The notes under the pieces were generated by a model. The model was given only the letters and a program-made list of their open reading frames with translations, was not told the DNA's origin and made no database searches. A stretch of 64,000 nt of DNA from Malacoraja senta. Lineage: Eukaryota. This document shows positions 1 through 11,979 of this stretch, piece after piece. The translations under genes were made by a program, and so were the position numbers. The stretch spans positions 13,702,001-13,766,000 of the forward strand of contig CM075985.1 of the NCBI GenBank assembly GCA_038087875.1, given 5' to 3'. How positions within the stretch are numbered: position 1 is the stretch's first letter; each line of letters opens with the position of its first letter.

Positions 1-3000
1 CCTTTAAGGGGGGGGCGGGGTTAAAACGCGGTTTCTCCTTCCTTGTGCTGAATTATATTTTGTTGGAGTACCAGCCTCGGTGAAAGAATCGTTCCGGGTG
101 CCGTTTTGCGTAGTTTGTTTAAAAAATCTCCCAACAAGTTCAGCGTTGGAATCATTTTAAAATCATCTTCTGAAGCGTCAACGCCAACAACGGGGACGGA
201 TTTCACACAAGGGAAAGGTAAACGAATGTGCCTTATTTTAATGTATAAACGTTCTGCTTAAGAGGCCTTTAATTCACTTTTTTTCATGCGACACGGTGAT
301 TTTTCCCCCCGAATTAACGGCAGTATTTTTCATGCCAATACGGGGTTAAATTCACCGCAAATGAACGTTCCAAATAATCGCGTTCCAGAAATCCCCATTC
401 GCAAGATGATATAAATTCCCATTAATTTACAGGTATTAAACATTCAATTCCTTCCATTTGGCCTGTAAATTCATGAAAATTAGATTTAAAAATTATGTTA
501 TATTGTGAATTATTGTGTGAATGTTATTTGGACACTTAAGCTTTTTAAAAATGTTAAACTATTCTTAAATAAATGGATAGATGTTTAAATCTAGTAATTG
601 AATTTAGATGAAACTGATGATTTTCTTGTTGAGTATTTACTATTTGTTTTAGCATTTAACTTTATCATTTCTACCTTTTTTTCTAAAGCTGCAAATAATA
701 ACTTGTTTCTGTTAATGATGTTCAGTGTTTTTTTTTAAATTTACATTGTAAATAGATGTCTCCAAAGAAGAAATGCAAAATTGTCAATCCAAAAGCCCAG
801 GCAGGCATAGCTAGAGTTCAACTTGAAGAGAAGTTCTCTGTCATGCCTGAGTCTAAGAGGGATCTTAAAAATGGACACATCTTGTACTTGTATACCTCGT
901 TTGGAAAAAGTCTGCCTGAAACAGAGAAATCGCTGAGTTCACATTTCTCTTTGTCGGATGCAGAAGGCTATTCATTTGTTACTGTTAAGTTAAAAGTGAA
1001 GACTCTCGTTAACCGGACTTTGCTTAAGTTTAAAAAACTCACCAATCCCAAGGAACTTGGAGTATTTATGGAAATTTGTGATGAAACTTTTAAACTTCCG
1101 GAAGGCAGTCAACACATTTCTTTAGATGACATTCCACTGCCTGGTGCTCAAGATCCTGAATCCTTGACATCTGCCGAAAGCCAAGTGCCCATATTTCAAG
1201 ACACTGAGGACATGGGCGATGACAGTCATAGTCTGCATCCTCCACTGAATCTAGCAATGCCAACGACACCTGCTGCCTCACCTGAACCAATGCCATCGAC
1301 ATCTAGTGTTTCAAAAAGATGTACCAGAGAATTTCTAAGTCTTTCACCAGGGAAACAAAAATTGACGAAAAGACTAAAGTATATGTACGAATCCAGGGCT
1401 GCTCTTTCAACAAAGTATCACACAAAGATCAGTGAACTTAGGGCACGGTTGAAAACTCCCAAACGTATAGTTAATCAAGCCTTAAAGAGAAAGCAAAACC
1501 AAATAGATTTAAAGGACAGAAAGATTCAGGAACTCAAAACCAAATTACGTGATAATACTTCTGCACGAGTGCTTGCTAACACCAAGGCAGAGTTTTTGAA
1601 ACTTAAAAAAGCACACAGACAATTGCTGATGTTTCGTGGCAGTACGAAAAGGAGGAAAACTGTTTCAATTCACCAGTACAGAAAAGTTCATGAAAATTTA
1701 AAGGACAGGGAAGAGGATGTGAGACGCCTCGAATTTGACAATCTTGTCCTCAAAGAAACAATCGAAAATCTGCAGGCTGCCAGTATTGTCAAGGCAAAGG
1801 TGGGCCAGAAAACCTACTCCTCAACAATAAGGATGCATGTGTTCGACAGTATTGTAAACAAAACTCCCACAGCAAACATTCCAATCCTGATAAGCCAGTT
1901 CTACAAGCGGAGTGGACTTCATCTGGATTATGTTCCTCGACGCAGTGCAGTTGAAGTTATGGCCCGAGAATTGGGAGCTATTGCTGAGTTGCAAACAGCA
2001 GAGATGCTCCTTGCAACAAGCGGTTTGACTGTTGGGTTTGATGCAACCACCCAGGAAGAGACCCACATTAACAGTGTTCATTTCACCACCACAAACAACT
2101 GTCTCTCTGCAGCAGTTGATGAATTGGCTGGTGGGACTGCTGAGGACTATGCACAACATATTTGCGAAACAATTGACAATTTGTGTAAAACTTACATTTA
2201 TTTTAATGAGCAAACAAATTTTCAAGATACAAGACAAAAGATAATCGACAACATTTCAAACACAATGAGTGACAGGTGTGCAGCTAATCATGCTGCTATT
2301 AGAATTGTGAGTAGTGAGTGGGGTAAATATTTGAACGAGCTCTACTGCCACTTGCATCCTCTTGACTCCATTGCTACATCAGTTCGCTCAGCCCTAAAAA
2401 TGCAGAAACAATCCGGAGGACAATTCTTATTTGGGAAAGACTGTCTAGCAGTAAATGCCATACTGCAGATGAGCAAACTTAGATACAAAAACGGAAAAGG
2501 GGACCCAAAAGGATTTGTCGCATTTTTAGATGACAGGAACATCCCCCGAGGTGTCCTCCCACGGTACCGTGGCAACAGATTGCACATACTGTTTCATATT
2601 AGTGGCAAGCTGATAGAATATTATGATGACTTTGTTGCACTGCTGAATAGCGGAACATCCTGTGGGGGGTTGAAAAGCGCCATCCTCCATGACTTCACCC
2701 AGGCTGAAGCAAAAGTAGAACTTCAGATATTGGGCTTACTTGGCAAATATCTGACTGGGCCTTGGATGAAACGCTTCTACACTTCAAGCCAGAATCAGAT
2801 CAACCATGTTGATGGCATCAAAGTGGTTAAAGGGGTGATTGCTGCTCTAAAGGAAGCCACAGAAAATCCAGAGAACATCATATTGGCAAGGGAAGATTTC
2901 TTCGGTGAGGAGGTACATCTTGACGCCACATTGAAAAAACTTTGGGAGCTACCAATACATCCACAGTTCAGTTCAAAGATGAGGAGCTGTCTTCAAGCTG

Positions 3001-4203
3001 TCATCACTGTGTTGGAGAGGCAATATAGTAAATACTTTGAACTTGATGTTACTGAGAAACTGAAGGAGGAGACTGCATCAGCAAGATCACACAACATTGA
3101 TGCGGAGGAGATAATGGGGATGTTTAGCTCATCGAAACAGAAATCTCCCAATGCCACCATGTGTTATTTGTCATGTAGGATGCGGGCCTGCAAGAATAGA
3201 ACAGTCAATTACCTTGATAATCTCGAGGAGCATCGTAGGGAGGAGGTGCTCTGTAAGGCAATGAAATTGGGGAGAGTGCAGAGGAACAGACGGAAGAAAA
3301 AACAGAAGGAATTGAGAGCAGAAATCATCAAGCGACAGAAAGGCAAGGAGCATGCTCGGGACACGAAAGAGAGGAAAAAAATAGAAAAAAAATTGAAAGA
3401 GACTGATTTAAACAGCATTCGCAGAGATTATCCAAATTTGGACTACTCCAAATGTGATGATCTACAGGACATACTTAATGGGAAAGTAGTGGGCAGAAAG
3501 GCATGTCATGTGTGGTTTGAAGAGCAAAAACCTGTAGTTTACAATGCCAAAATTGAAAAGTTGAGGAAAAACAAGGTGTACAGAGTTGCTTATTGGTTGC
3601 AATCTGACGAGTATGATGATGCTACTGATTTTGATATGCCAATGTACCAGCTAGCAGCTGATCTTCTCCTTAAAGATTTGGTCTTTTGCTAGAAATTGTA
3701 AATTAATTACCTATCTGTTACGGACTTACAGCATATAATACAATAATATTAAAGTTCTGATCTTGAGAATATCACATTTTTGAATTTTCAAAGCAGTCTG
3801 GGTGTTTATTACTATTTCCGTCACATCGGTCAATTTTGTAATTAGCTACAATTAAGTAACTAACTAATTATATGCTGCAATTTCAGGTCATCCAAGTAAG
3901 ATTATTTTATATTTGTTTCAGAATGCTTCAATCTATAATAACTGAAAATTTCATTCAGTTCTCTTAATTTTTAAGAAAGTTATGGGCTTTTGACTGTCCT
4001 CGATCACAGCTTTTGAGACAAGTCAATGGAAAGGCAATAGGGAACAAGATGCTAATTTCCGAGTATGAAAATGGCCATAACTTTTTTAATACTGAAGATA
4101 TCAAAGTGAATTAGGTGTCAAATTAAACTTCTTGTAATGCTTTATCTGATGGGATAAATTACAGACTTGATTTTTAAAATCTCAAAATTTTGTAACATTG
4201 CTA
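1..4203 (+). mobile_element. Autonomous DNA transposon carrying the 978-aa ORF; left end lies outside the window
   Basis: AT-rich subterminal region 3700-4200 ends in ...TTTTGTAACATTGCTA (4203), which reads 5'-TAG on the minus strand as in hAT-type termini. The matching left TIR and TSD are not visible, so the right boundary is inferred. Confidence 0.55.
756..3692 (+). CDS. Intact 978-aa DDE transposase, divergent hAT-like (C/DxxH group), with C-terminal Spin/Ssty (Spindlin) Tudor-like domain
   Basis: Uninterrupted 2.9-kb ORF. Motif order GFD429ATTQ ... MSD506RCAAN ... C531HLH534 ... YRGNRLH ... N780IDAE784E matches the D-D-CxxH-(R)-E layout of hAT-group transposases. It has an N-terminal PKKKCK NLS-like motif and basic coiled-coil regions. 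Residues 911-978 resemble a Spindlin repeat. Confidence 0.8.
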   Translation: MSPKKKCKIVNPKAQAGIARVQLEEKFSVMPESKRDLKNGHILYLYTSFGKSLPETEKSLSSHFSLSDAEGYSFVTVKLKVKTLVNRTLLKFKKLTNPKELGVFMEICDETFKLPEGSQHISLDDIPLPGAQDPESLTSAESQVPIFQDTEDMGDDSHSLHPPLNLAMPTTPAASPEPMPSTSSVSKRCTREFLSLSPGKQKLTKRLKYMYESRAALSTKYHTKISELRARLKTPKRIVNQALKRKQNQIDLKDRKIQELKTKLRDNTSARVLANTKAEFLKLKKAHRQLLMFRGSTKRRKTVSIHQYRKVHENLKDREEDVRRLEFDNLVLKETIENLQAASIVKAKVGQKTYSSTIRMHVFDSIVNKTPTANIPILISQFYKRSGLHLDYVPRRSAVEVMARELGAIAELQTAEMLLATSGLTVGFDATTQEETHINSVHFTTTNNCLSAAVDELAGGTAEDYAQHICETIDNLCKTYIYFNEQTNFQDTRQKIIDNISNTMSDRCAANHAAIRIVSSEWGKYLNELYCHLHPLDSIATSVRSALKMQKQSGGQFLFGKDCLAVNAILQMSKLRYKNGKGDPKGFVAFLDDRNIPRGVLPRYRGNRLHILFHISGKLIEYYDDFVALLNSGTSCGGLKSAILHDFTQAEAKVELQILGLLGKYLTGPWMKRFYTSSQNQINHVDGIKVVKGVIAALKEATENPENIILAREDFFGEEVHLDATLKKLWELPIHPQFSSKMRSCLQAVITVLERQYSKYFELDVTEKLKEETASARSHNIDAEEIMGMFSSSKQKSPNATMCYLSCRMRACKNRTVNYLDNLEEHRREEVLCKAMKLGRVQRNRRKKKQKELRAEIIKRQKGKEHARDTKERKKIEKKLKETDLNSIRRDYPNLDYSKCDDLQDILNGKVVGRKACHVWFEEQKPVVYNAKIEKLRKNKVYRVAYWLQSDEYDDATDFDMPMYQLAADLLLKDLVFC

Positions 4204-4798
4204 ATTACTGTGCCATGATTAAGTTATGAAGCAATGTCCATTTTTTCTATTTCTCTGGCTTTTATCTTTTGGTGTGCACAAAACAGACGGATGAGATAAA
4301 GGTACTTAAAATGATAAAAGGTCTAGTAGGAGTAGGTAGAAAGCTCTTTCCGTTGGCAGAAGGGTCAAGAATCAGAGGACGTAAATTTTACCCACCACCT
4401 CGTCCATGCTGACCACGATACCAATCTAAAATAATCCCATTTGCATGGATTAGGACACATCCTTCCGCTCTTTTCCTATAAAAGTACCTGTCCAACTGCA
4501 CGCCAATTCTAAGAGGGCTGAGTTAAGTGGTGATCAAATATTTGTTTCAATGAAGTGGATTTTAAGGAGAATCTTCGATGCATAGTGTGATAAAGGAAGG
4601 AAATGGCCGGTACACATTACCCGCATATCCATGTGCCTATCTAAAAGTCTCTTAAACATCATTATTGTACCTGCTTCCACCATCACCCGCGGCAGCAGAT
4701 TCCATTCTTAGTCTTTTTCTTTTCTCTGTTTTATAGAATTCATGTGTAATTTATGTATAATTTAGGTTTTTTTTTATTGTCTGAGCTGACATGCCTGT

Positions 4799-5645
4799 GA
4801 TACGATACGATAGAACTTTATTTATCCCAGGAGTAAAATTGATCTGCCAACAGTCATAAAACACAAAAATACATGAAACATGAAATTAAAGTGACAAGTG
4901 CAAAGGATTGGGGATGTGCAAAGATTGGGGGGTTGGGGGAGGGAGGAGGTGGAGTCAGTCTACCCCACGACAGAAGGGGAGGAGTTGTACAATTTGATAG
5001 CCACAGGGAAGAAGGATCTCCTGTGGCGTTCTGTATTGCATCTTGGTGGAACCAGTCTGTTGCTGAAGGTACTCCTCAGGTTGACCAGTGTGTCATGGAG
5101 GGAGTGAGCTGTATTGTCCAAGATGCTCCACAGTTCGAGGAGCATCTTCTCATCCAAGACCACCTCCCATGAATCCTACACCGCTCCCAGGACGGTGCCA
5201 ACCTTCCTGATGATTTTGTTAATCCTATTGGCATCCGCGGCCTTCGCCCTGCTGCCCCAGCACACGACAGCGAAGAAGATATCACTGGCTACCACTGATT
5301 GGTAGAACATCTGCAGCATCTTACTGCAGATGTTGAAGGAGCGGAGCCTTCTCAAAAAGGACAGCCGGCTCGGTCCCTTCTTGTACAGAGCATGGATCTT
5401 CCTGGACCGATCCAGTTTACTGTCCAGGTACACTCCAAGGTATTTGTACTCCCTGGTAAACTGCACATTCACACCATTGATGGAGACAGGGGACAGGGGT
5501 GTTCCTCTCCTCCTAAGTTCACCACTAATTCCTTAGTCTTGTCAGTGTTGAGCTGCAGGTGAGTCAGTCCACACCATTCAACAAAGCCATTGACTACACC
5601 TCTGTATTCAGCTTCACTCCCCCCACTGATGCAGCCCACGATTGC
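4799..5645 (-). mobile_element. Rex1/Babar-type LINE, 5'-truncated and decayed
   Basis: Minus-strand fragments AIVGCI..EYRGVVNGFVEWC..LQLNTDKTKELVV, YKYLGVYLDSKL, RLSFLRRLRSFNIC and RRSFFPVAIKLYN. 3' tail with AATAAA and short tandem repeats near 4800-4825. Confidence 0.8.
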
Positions 5646-6215
5646 AGGTGCTACTGCAAGCATGATACCTGTACCTCAATATACTTGTGAATATGCAAAT
5701 AAACTCCACATGACTTGGATCAGTCTACCATGCAGAACCTTAAAGTCCATTTGGAAAACAGCTACCACCCTGCCTTTATTAATCTCCATGGTTACCTCCA
5801 CAAAAAACTCTGGTTTGTGAGACATGATCTCCCCTGCACAAAACTATGCTGATCCCACCTAATCAGTCCTTGCCTTTCCAAATGAACATAACTCTTATCC
5901 CTCAGAATCTTCTCTAATAATTGCCACAATACTTATGTAAGGCTTACTGGTCACTGCTCTTTTTCGACAAGGGAACAACATTAGCTATTCTCTAGTCTTC
6001 TGGTTCCTTATTTGTGGCTAAAGCGAAGCAAAAATCCCAGTCTAATCGGAATCCATTTATACAAACAATAAAAAGAAACAATTTTACCATTTTTGCAGCA
6101 TTTGGTAACTTGCAGGACAGCCAAAGTAAGTTGACTGTGTAAACGCCACTCAATGTTCAGAGTTGCTCTCACTTCTGTGGTCCCCAAACAATTGGGTAAG
6201 TCAATCAGAGCAGAA

Positions 6216-6300
6216 GGTACACAAAAATGCTGGAGAAACTCAGCGGGTGCAGCAGCATCTATGGAGCGAAGGAAATAGGCAACGTTTCGGGCCGAAACCC
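6216..6300 (-). repeat. Short solo Penelope pLTR remnant; other copies at about 10209-10297, 11527-11614, 20680-20779, 23323-23520, 50891-50982 and 57397-57492; fold-back variants at 21731-21920, 26829-27019 and 57268-57492
   Basis: Nearly identical to the terminus of the element at 55607-55700 (GGTACACAAAAATGCTGGAGAAACTCAGCGGG...CGTTTCGGGCCGAAACCC). Some copies have TSDs, e.g. CAGTGGAGGCC flanking the copy at 50891. Confidence 0.85.
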
Positions 6301-6703
6301 CAGACCCTGACTCATTTTTATTCATAGCTTACAATGGAAAGATGGCCACAGGTGAAAAGATATCAAGTTATTTATAAGCATGCCAATGGATGGTGTATTG
6401 TCCATTTGCTTGGTCAAGAATTTTCAGAGATGGTACATTTGAAACTTTCTGTCAGCTTTCCTAATTACTTGCTCGACCTACATATGATCAAAACATGTAC
6501 TATGCACCTCAGAGTTCTTCAATCTCTCGTTCAAAGAATTTCAAATGTTCCTGTTTGTGAAACAGAGCCTGATCACTTGATTCAGTAATGTGATTATAGG
6601 ATCTATTCCCTTCAGGTATGACAAATTGACAGTGGCACTAATAAACTTTTCTGTTATTCTTCTATGGCAAACCTTCCATTTTGAGCTAACAAGAATGAAG
6701 TTA

Positions 6704-7473
6704 AGGGGCTGTCCCACTTCGGCGACCTAATCTGCGAGTTTAGACGAGTTTGCCCTCGACTCAAACTCGCAGCATGGTCGATACGAGGTCCTAGGAGGGC
6801 CTATGAGGTCACTGGAACTCTCCTTCATGCTCGAAGGAAGTTCCCGAATACTCGTGGCCTCAAGTACGTTGCGGAAAATTTTTCAGCATGTTGAAAATTT
6901 TTCCGCGAGTAAAATTTGGTCGGCATGGTTCTTTTTGACTCGTAGTGCAGTGGAGTGGGGTCGCTATTTAGTTACAGGCAGTCGAGGGCAGCCGTATGCA
7001 ATCTCCTTCGATGACCGGGCATTTTGATTGGCTCATTGGAGTTTTCAGCACCAGGGAAAACCGACCGGTAAGTAAAATGCCCGCTAAACTTTATTATACC
7101 TTAAAAGTGTCTCCACGCCTTCTCCCCCCATCTCTCCCCCTCTTCCTCCCCTCCCCCCCCCACCGCGCTCTCTAAAGGACTTACCATACACTGTGGCAGC
7201 CGTTTACCTTCCTGTTCATCGCGGGTGTGAATTTCAGACAGCGCTCCCCCGCTTTCCCTGGCCCCCGCCTTTGCGATGTGTGTGTGTGTGAGTGTGTGTG
7301 TGTGTGTGTGTGCGTGTGCGTGCGTGCATGTGGTCGGCCGATCGATCCAGCTCGCGGTTTCAACGTGGACGGTCGATCCAGCTCGAGGTTTTCCAGGCGA
7401 GTGCCCTCAAGCTTGAAGGTCGAAGACACTCTTCTTAACTCGCGGATCAGGTCGCCGCAGTGGGACAGCCCCT
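6704..7473. mobile_element. PIF/Harbinger-type MITE
   Basis: TIRs AGGGGCTGTCCCACT / AGTGGGACAGCCCCT with further subterminal complementarity (CGGCGACCT / AGGTCGCCG). Left flank is TTA. Internal (TG)n; no transposase. Confidence 0.8.
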
Positions 7474-9134
7474 TTCCAGAGTTGTAGAGTTATATAGTGT
7501 TATAACAGGTCCTTCAGCCCATCTCATCCATGCCAACCAAGATGCCTGTGAAATAGTCCTATTTTCCTATATTTGGCCCATAATCCTTCTGATCCATGTA
7601 CCTGTCCAGATATTTCGTAGATGTCATTGGAGCTATCTCTATTACTGCCTCTGGCAGCTTCATCCATACAGGTACTACCCTCTATGGAAAAACGCACCCG
7701 AGGTCTCCTTTAAATCGCTCTCTTCTCACCTTAAGCCTATGCTCCCTAGTTTTAGACACCTCTATCTTGGGAGGAAGACTGTGACTGTCTACCCTATTTA
7801 TGCTCCTCATGATTTTATAATCATCTTTAAGGGCATATTGATTGAACAACCTCATTGACCATGGGAATCTTGTTTCCTTCATTCATTTTCTGCCAGTTTT
7901 CAAACTGTGCACTCTATCTGTTCGGTCTCCCCAGTTACATTTCAAGTAGAAATTTATTTTCCCAAATATGCTTAAAAATAATATTTAAATAAAAAAATCT
8001 GGAAAATGTTTTCCCATTTCTTAACGATCATAGACATTGGACCATTTTACCAATGGCAAACTTTTTAATATGCTGCTTTATTGATAAAAGTAATTATGGC
8101 TCCCTGATAAATCTGTCAATTATAATGGAAATAAAATCACCACATTAGCAATTAACATGTTAGAACAAGAAAACCTGAAGCACTCAATGGGGAAAATGTA
8201 ATAAGTACAGCATTACTTTGCTTGCCAATTGGACTCTATTGCATCATTTATGACAGAGGTCTTATACTGGTACTGCTTCCAGGCTTCCTCCTTGCTGTAA
8301 ATTTGAAATATTAGCTTTGCAGATCTCTTCTGGAATACAACTACATTCCATGAGTGTGTTGCATGTCCGAGATTTTAGTGCAACAAAAGTAATCTTTTAT
8401 AGACACAAAATGCTGGCGTAACTCAGTGGGACAGGCAGCATCTCTGGAGAGAAGGAATGGGTGACGTTTCGGGTCTGACCTATCTTCAGGCTCAAGTAAT
8501 AATTTTGTACATATTGAAGGAGACCAATGTGGCAGAAAGCAATGTAATGTTTCTCAAAATAATTTCTGACCAGCAGCCGCACTAAGTTAAGGGTGAAGTT
8601 ATAACATTTATCCGACTAACATGAAATTTATTTTCCCTCCATTTGGAACAGGAACTGCATAACAACAACTAATCTTCTGAGATATGAGCATTCCAATATT
8701 TCATATTAAGAGCCATAGATTTTTGCTGGTATGCCATTTCACAGTACAGAACAATATAGTTAAATGCAGGAATAGACATTCATCTCAATGTCAGTTCTGA
8801 CAAGAAGAAATCATGACTGAAGTATTTCATACAGTGATAGAAGCAATATCCTCTCGTGGATGGTATTAAAAAAAGTCAGAAGCAGAGTAAAAACTGGTCT
8901 TTCTGCAAATCTGGAAACTGCCAGTAATTAACTACAATGGAAATGTCAATTTAATAGAGCCCAATTTAAAACATATCTCAAACAGACTGACTCAGACTAC
9001 AGATCAACTACAACATATTGCAAAGGAAAGAAGTGCTGTGTGGTTGGTGATTAAATGTGCAACCACAGTGAAGTATCTGAACAGATGATGTAGCTCATGC
9101 AAATATATGTCTTTATGTTGATATGCCAAATTTC

Positions 9135-9411
9135 GTTTAATTTAGAGATACAGTGTGGAAAGAGGCTCTTCGGCCTGTCCATGCTAACCATCAATCACTA
9201 GTTCTATCCTACACACACTTTAGAGAAGTTAATTAACCTACAACCTGCACATTTTTGGGATGTGGGAGAAGACCAGAGCACCTGAAGGAAACCCAAGCTG
9301 TCACAGAGAGAACATACAAACTCCGTACTGATAGCACCCACAGTCAGGATCGAACTCGGGTCTCTGGTGCTCTAAGCCAGCAACACTACCGCTACGCTGC
9401 TGTGCTGCCCC
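9135..9411 (-). mobile_element. tRNA-derived V-SINE (HE1-like)
   Basis: Reverse complement of the SINE at 9557-9885, with B-box GTTCGATCC and the conserved V-domain core. Confidence 0.75.
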
Positions 9412-9556
9412 AAATCTCCACTGTCGTGTCCTAACCTGCATCAATTACCATTTAACCATCACCCAAATTCCAGTTACGTATTCTTTAAAATTCTCATCCT
9501 TGTTTTCAAACCCCTCCTTGGCTTGGCAATTCCCCATCCCACCAAAATAAATATGT

Positions 9557-9885
9557 GGGGCAGCATGGTGGTGCAAAAGTAGAGTTGCTGCCTTACAGTG
9601 CTTGTAGCGCCAGAGACCCGCGTTCGATCCCGACTATGGGTGCTGTCTGTATGGAGTTTATACGTTCTCTCCGTGACTTTTCACCAAGATCTTCGGTTTC
9701 CTCCCACACTCCAAAGACGTACAGGTTTGTAGGTTAATTGGCTTGGGTTTGTATACTTGGTCTAGGTGTAAATTGTCCCTAGTGTGTGTAGGCTTGTGTT
9801 AATGTGCAGGGATCGCTGGTCGGTGCGGACTCAGTGGGCGAAGGGCTGTTTCTGCGCTGTATCTAAACTAAACTAAACTAAACTC
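9557..9885 (+). mobile_element. tRNA-derived V-SINE (HE1-like)
   Basis: A-box-like 5' end, B-box GTTCGATCC (about 9622), V-domain ATGGAGTTT..GTTCTC..CGGTTTCCTCCCAC, CR1-like 3' end and (TAAAC)n tail. Confidence 0.85.
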
Positions 9886-11979
9886 TATACCAATGTCAGT
9901 CACAGGAAGAATTTACCATGTGGACAAAGGGAGGAACTCAAAGAGGTTCTCAAAACCTCCTTGAAAAAATGTAACATTTACACTGATTTAATACAGGAGA
10001 ATTATAATGCACTGAGTACACTGAGCAGACTGAAGGTCAGGAGAAATGGCAAAATGATAACATTGCCTCCCAAATTACCTACCTGCCTGTCTCACAAACA
10101 CCTCCTGACCCCATGGCAAAATTGTTGAGGCCACATTGGCCTCATTGGTTATTTCCAAACCCATGGATCAAGAGTTAAAGCAAGTATTTGCAAAAAGTCA
10201 ATAAAGGATGAAGGGTTTCGGCCCGAAACGTTGCCTATTTCCTTCGCTCCATAGGTGCTGCCGCACCCGCTGAGTTTCTCCAGGACTTTTGTCTACCAAA
10301 GGATGTGGATATATAGGGAGCAGGTAAGAATACAACTGGAAATTGTATAAGAATTTTAAACCAGATAGAGGATGAATTAAAAGATAATCAGTCAGAAAAG
10401 TATGACAAATTAGCCACAGAAGTCCCCTAAATTTAATAAATGACATTTTTTGCACAATGCCAAGGTGGTAATATGTGCTAAACCCTGGTTTTGTTAACTG
10501 CTGCTATAATTTAATCTTGGGAAAATATGATTTTGGCTTAAATGTAATGTAAATGCTATAACTGTACTGGTGTTGGTGTTTCCTTGAATCACTGATTTGC
10601 TCTGTAAAGGGCAAATTTGCCCAATCATCATTTCCCCAATCATGCTCTATTCCAAGGAGATTGTCCACTACTAAATCCATACCGAGCATAAGCTCTACTA
10701 GGTTTCCAAGTCAGCAATAAGTCCTTCAGCACCATACCACGTGGACAGTGGCAATTGAAAACTAATAAAAGCATTTATGACTTGCAGAATCATGGCAACA
10801 TCAGTTGAGAATAATAAACAACTAGCATGTAGGTAGCTTATGATCCCTTTAACATCACTGGATTGTGGGGAAAAGGGTGGACTTCTTTCTGCAGCTTCAC
10901 ATGTTCAGTCGATATTAAGAGGAATGATAAGCATTGAGTGTTGATATCATAGCCTTTCTGATCATCGTACTTCCAGCAAGTGTTCATTGTAAACTGTCTA
11001 TCATCAAGATCGCGCATGCCATGATTCACCATAAAAACAGTGAATTTCATTTTGAAGCTCTCAGAACAAAAGTAATACCCAAACAATGGGCACAGTCAAA
11101 CTCAATATTTTTCCAGGAAATAGTACACAGATGTGTAATTCACTGCTTCCGAATGAACTCTAATTGAACATTCAAGAAGTGATCATACTCGTTAATGAAT
11201 ACTTTGTTTTTCATGTAAAATAGGCAGCGATATTTGTGCAAACAATGATAATCTTGATTTGTTGCTTGCTATTCCAACAAGCCTTAGGGTCCTTTCCACT
11301 TGATCACCTGTATCTATTGAAAACATTAGGTCATTCAAAAACTACATATGTGAGTTTGCTGATATAGTAGTGGACAGTAAATTGACTGATGTTGTTAATT
11401 CTTACAGAGTGTCCTAGAGTGTATAATCTGATGGAATGATGTGCCTAAACCACTGCAATGATTAACATGGCTTTGGAGCAGAACTACCAGAAATACTAAG
11501 GGTATACTAAGGGTAAGGGTAAATACGAAGGGTTTCGGCCCGAAACGTTACCTATTTCCTTCGCTCCATAGATGCTGCTGCACCCGCTGAGTTTCTCCAG
11601 CATTTTTGTGTACCAGAAATACTAATCTTTGCTGAAGTTAAAACAGGCCGTATGGTGTGAGGCCCTATGCATCTTTCTCTCTTGGGCCCTTTGTTTCAAC
11701 CACAGCATAAAATCTCTGCTCTCTTTTTGCTGCTGTTCCTCTACATTCTTTAGCTACAGTGTGGATCAACCAAGATATCCATTTCTCACCAACTTACACT
11801 GGAGGATCTCTTCACACTTCAGTTCCATCCATTTTTATGAACAGAGAAAATACAAACAGTAGTCATCTAAGAAGATTGATTCGTGAATTAACTTACTGCT
11901 GATGTGACTGTGTTAAACGTCACATAACTACAGACTGTTAATGCTAAAGATTTTAGTGTCATTGGGATTCTGCGGACAC

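Noticed and set aside
9557-9640. tRNA gene
   Set aside because: The A/B boxes belong to the tRNA-derived head of a SINE; no complete cloverleaf.
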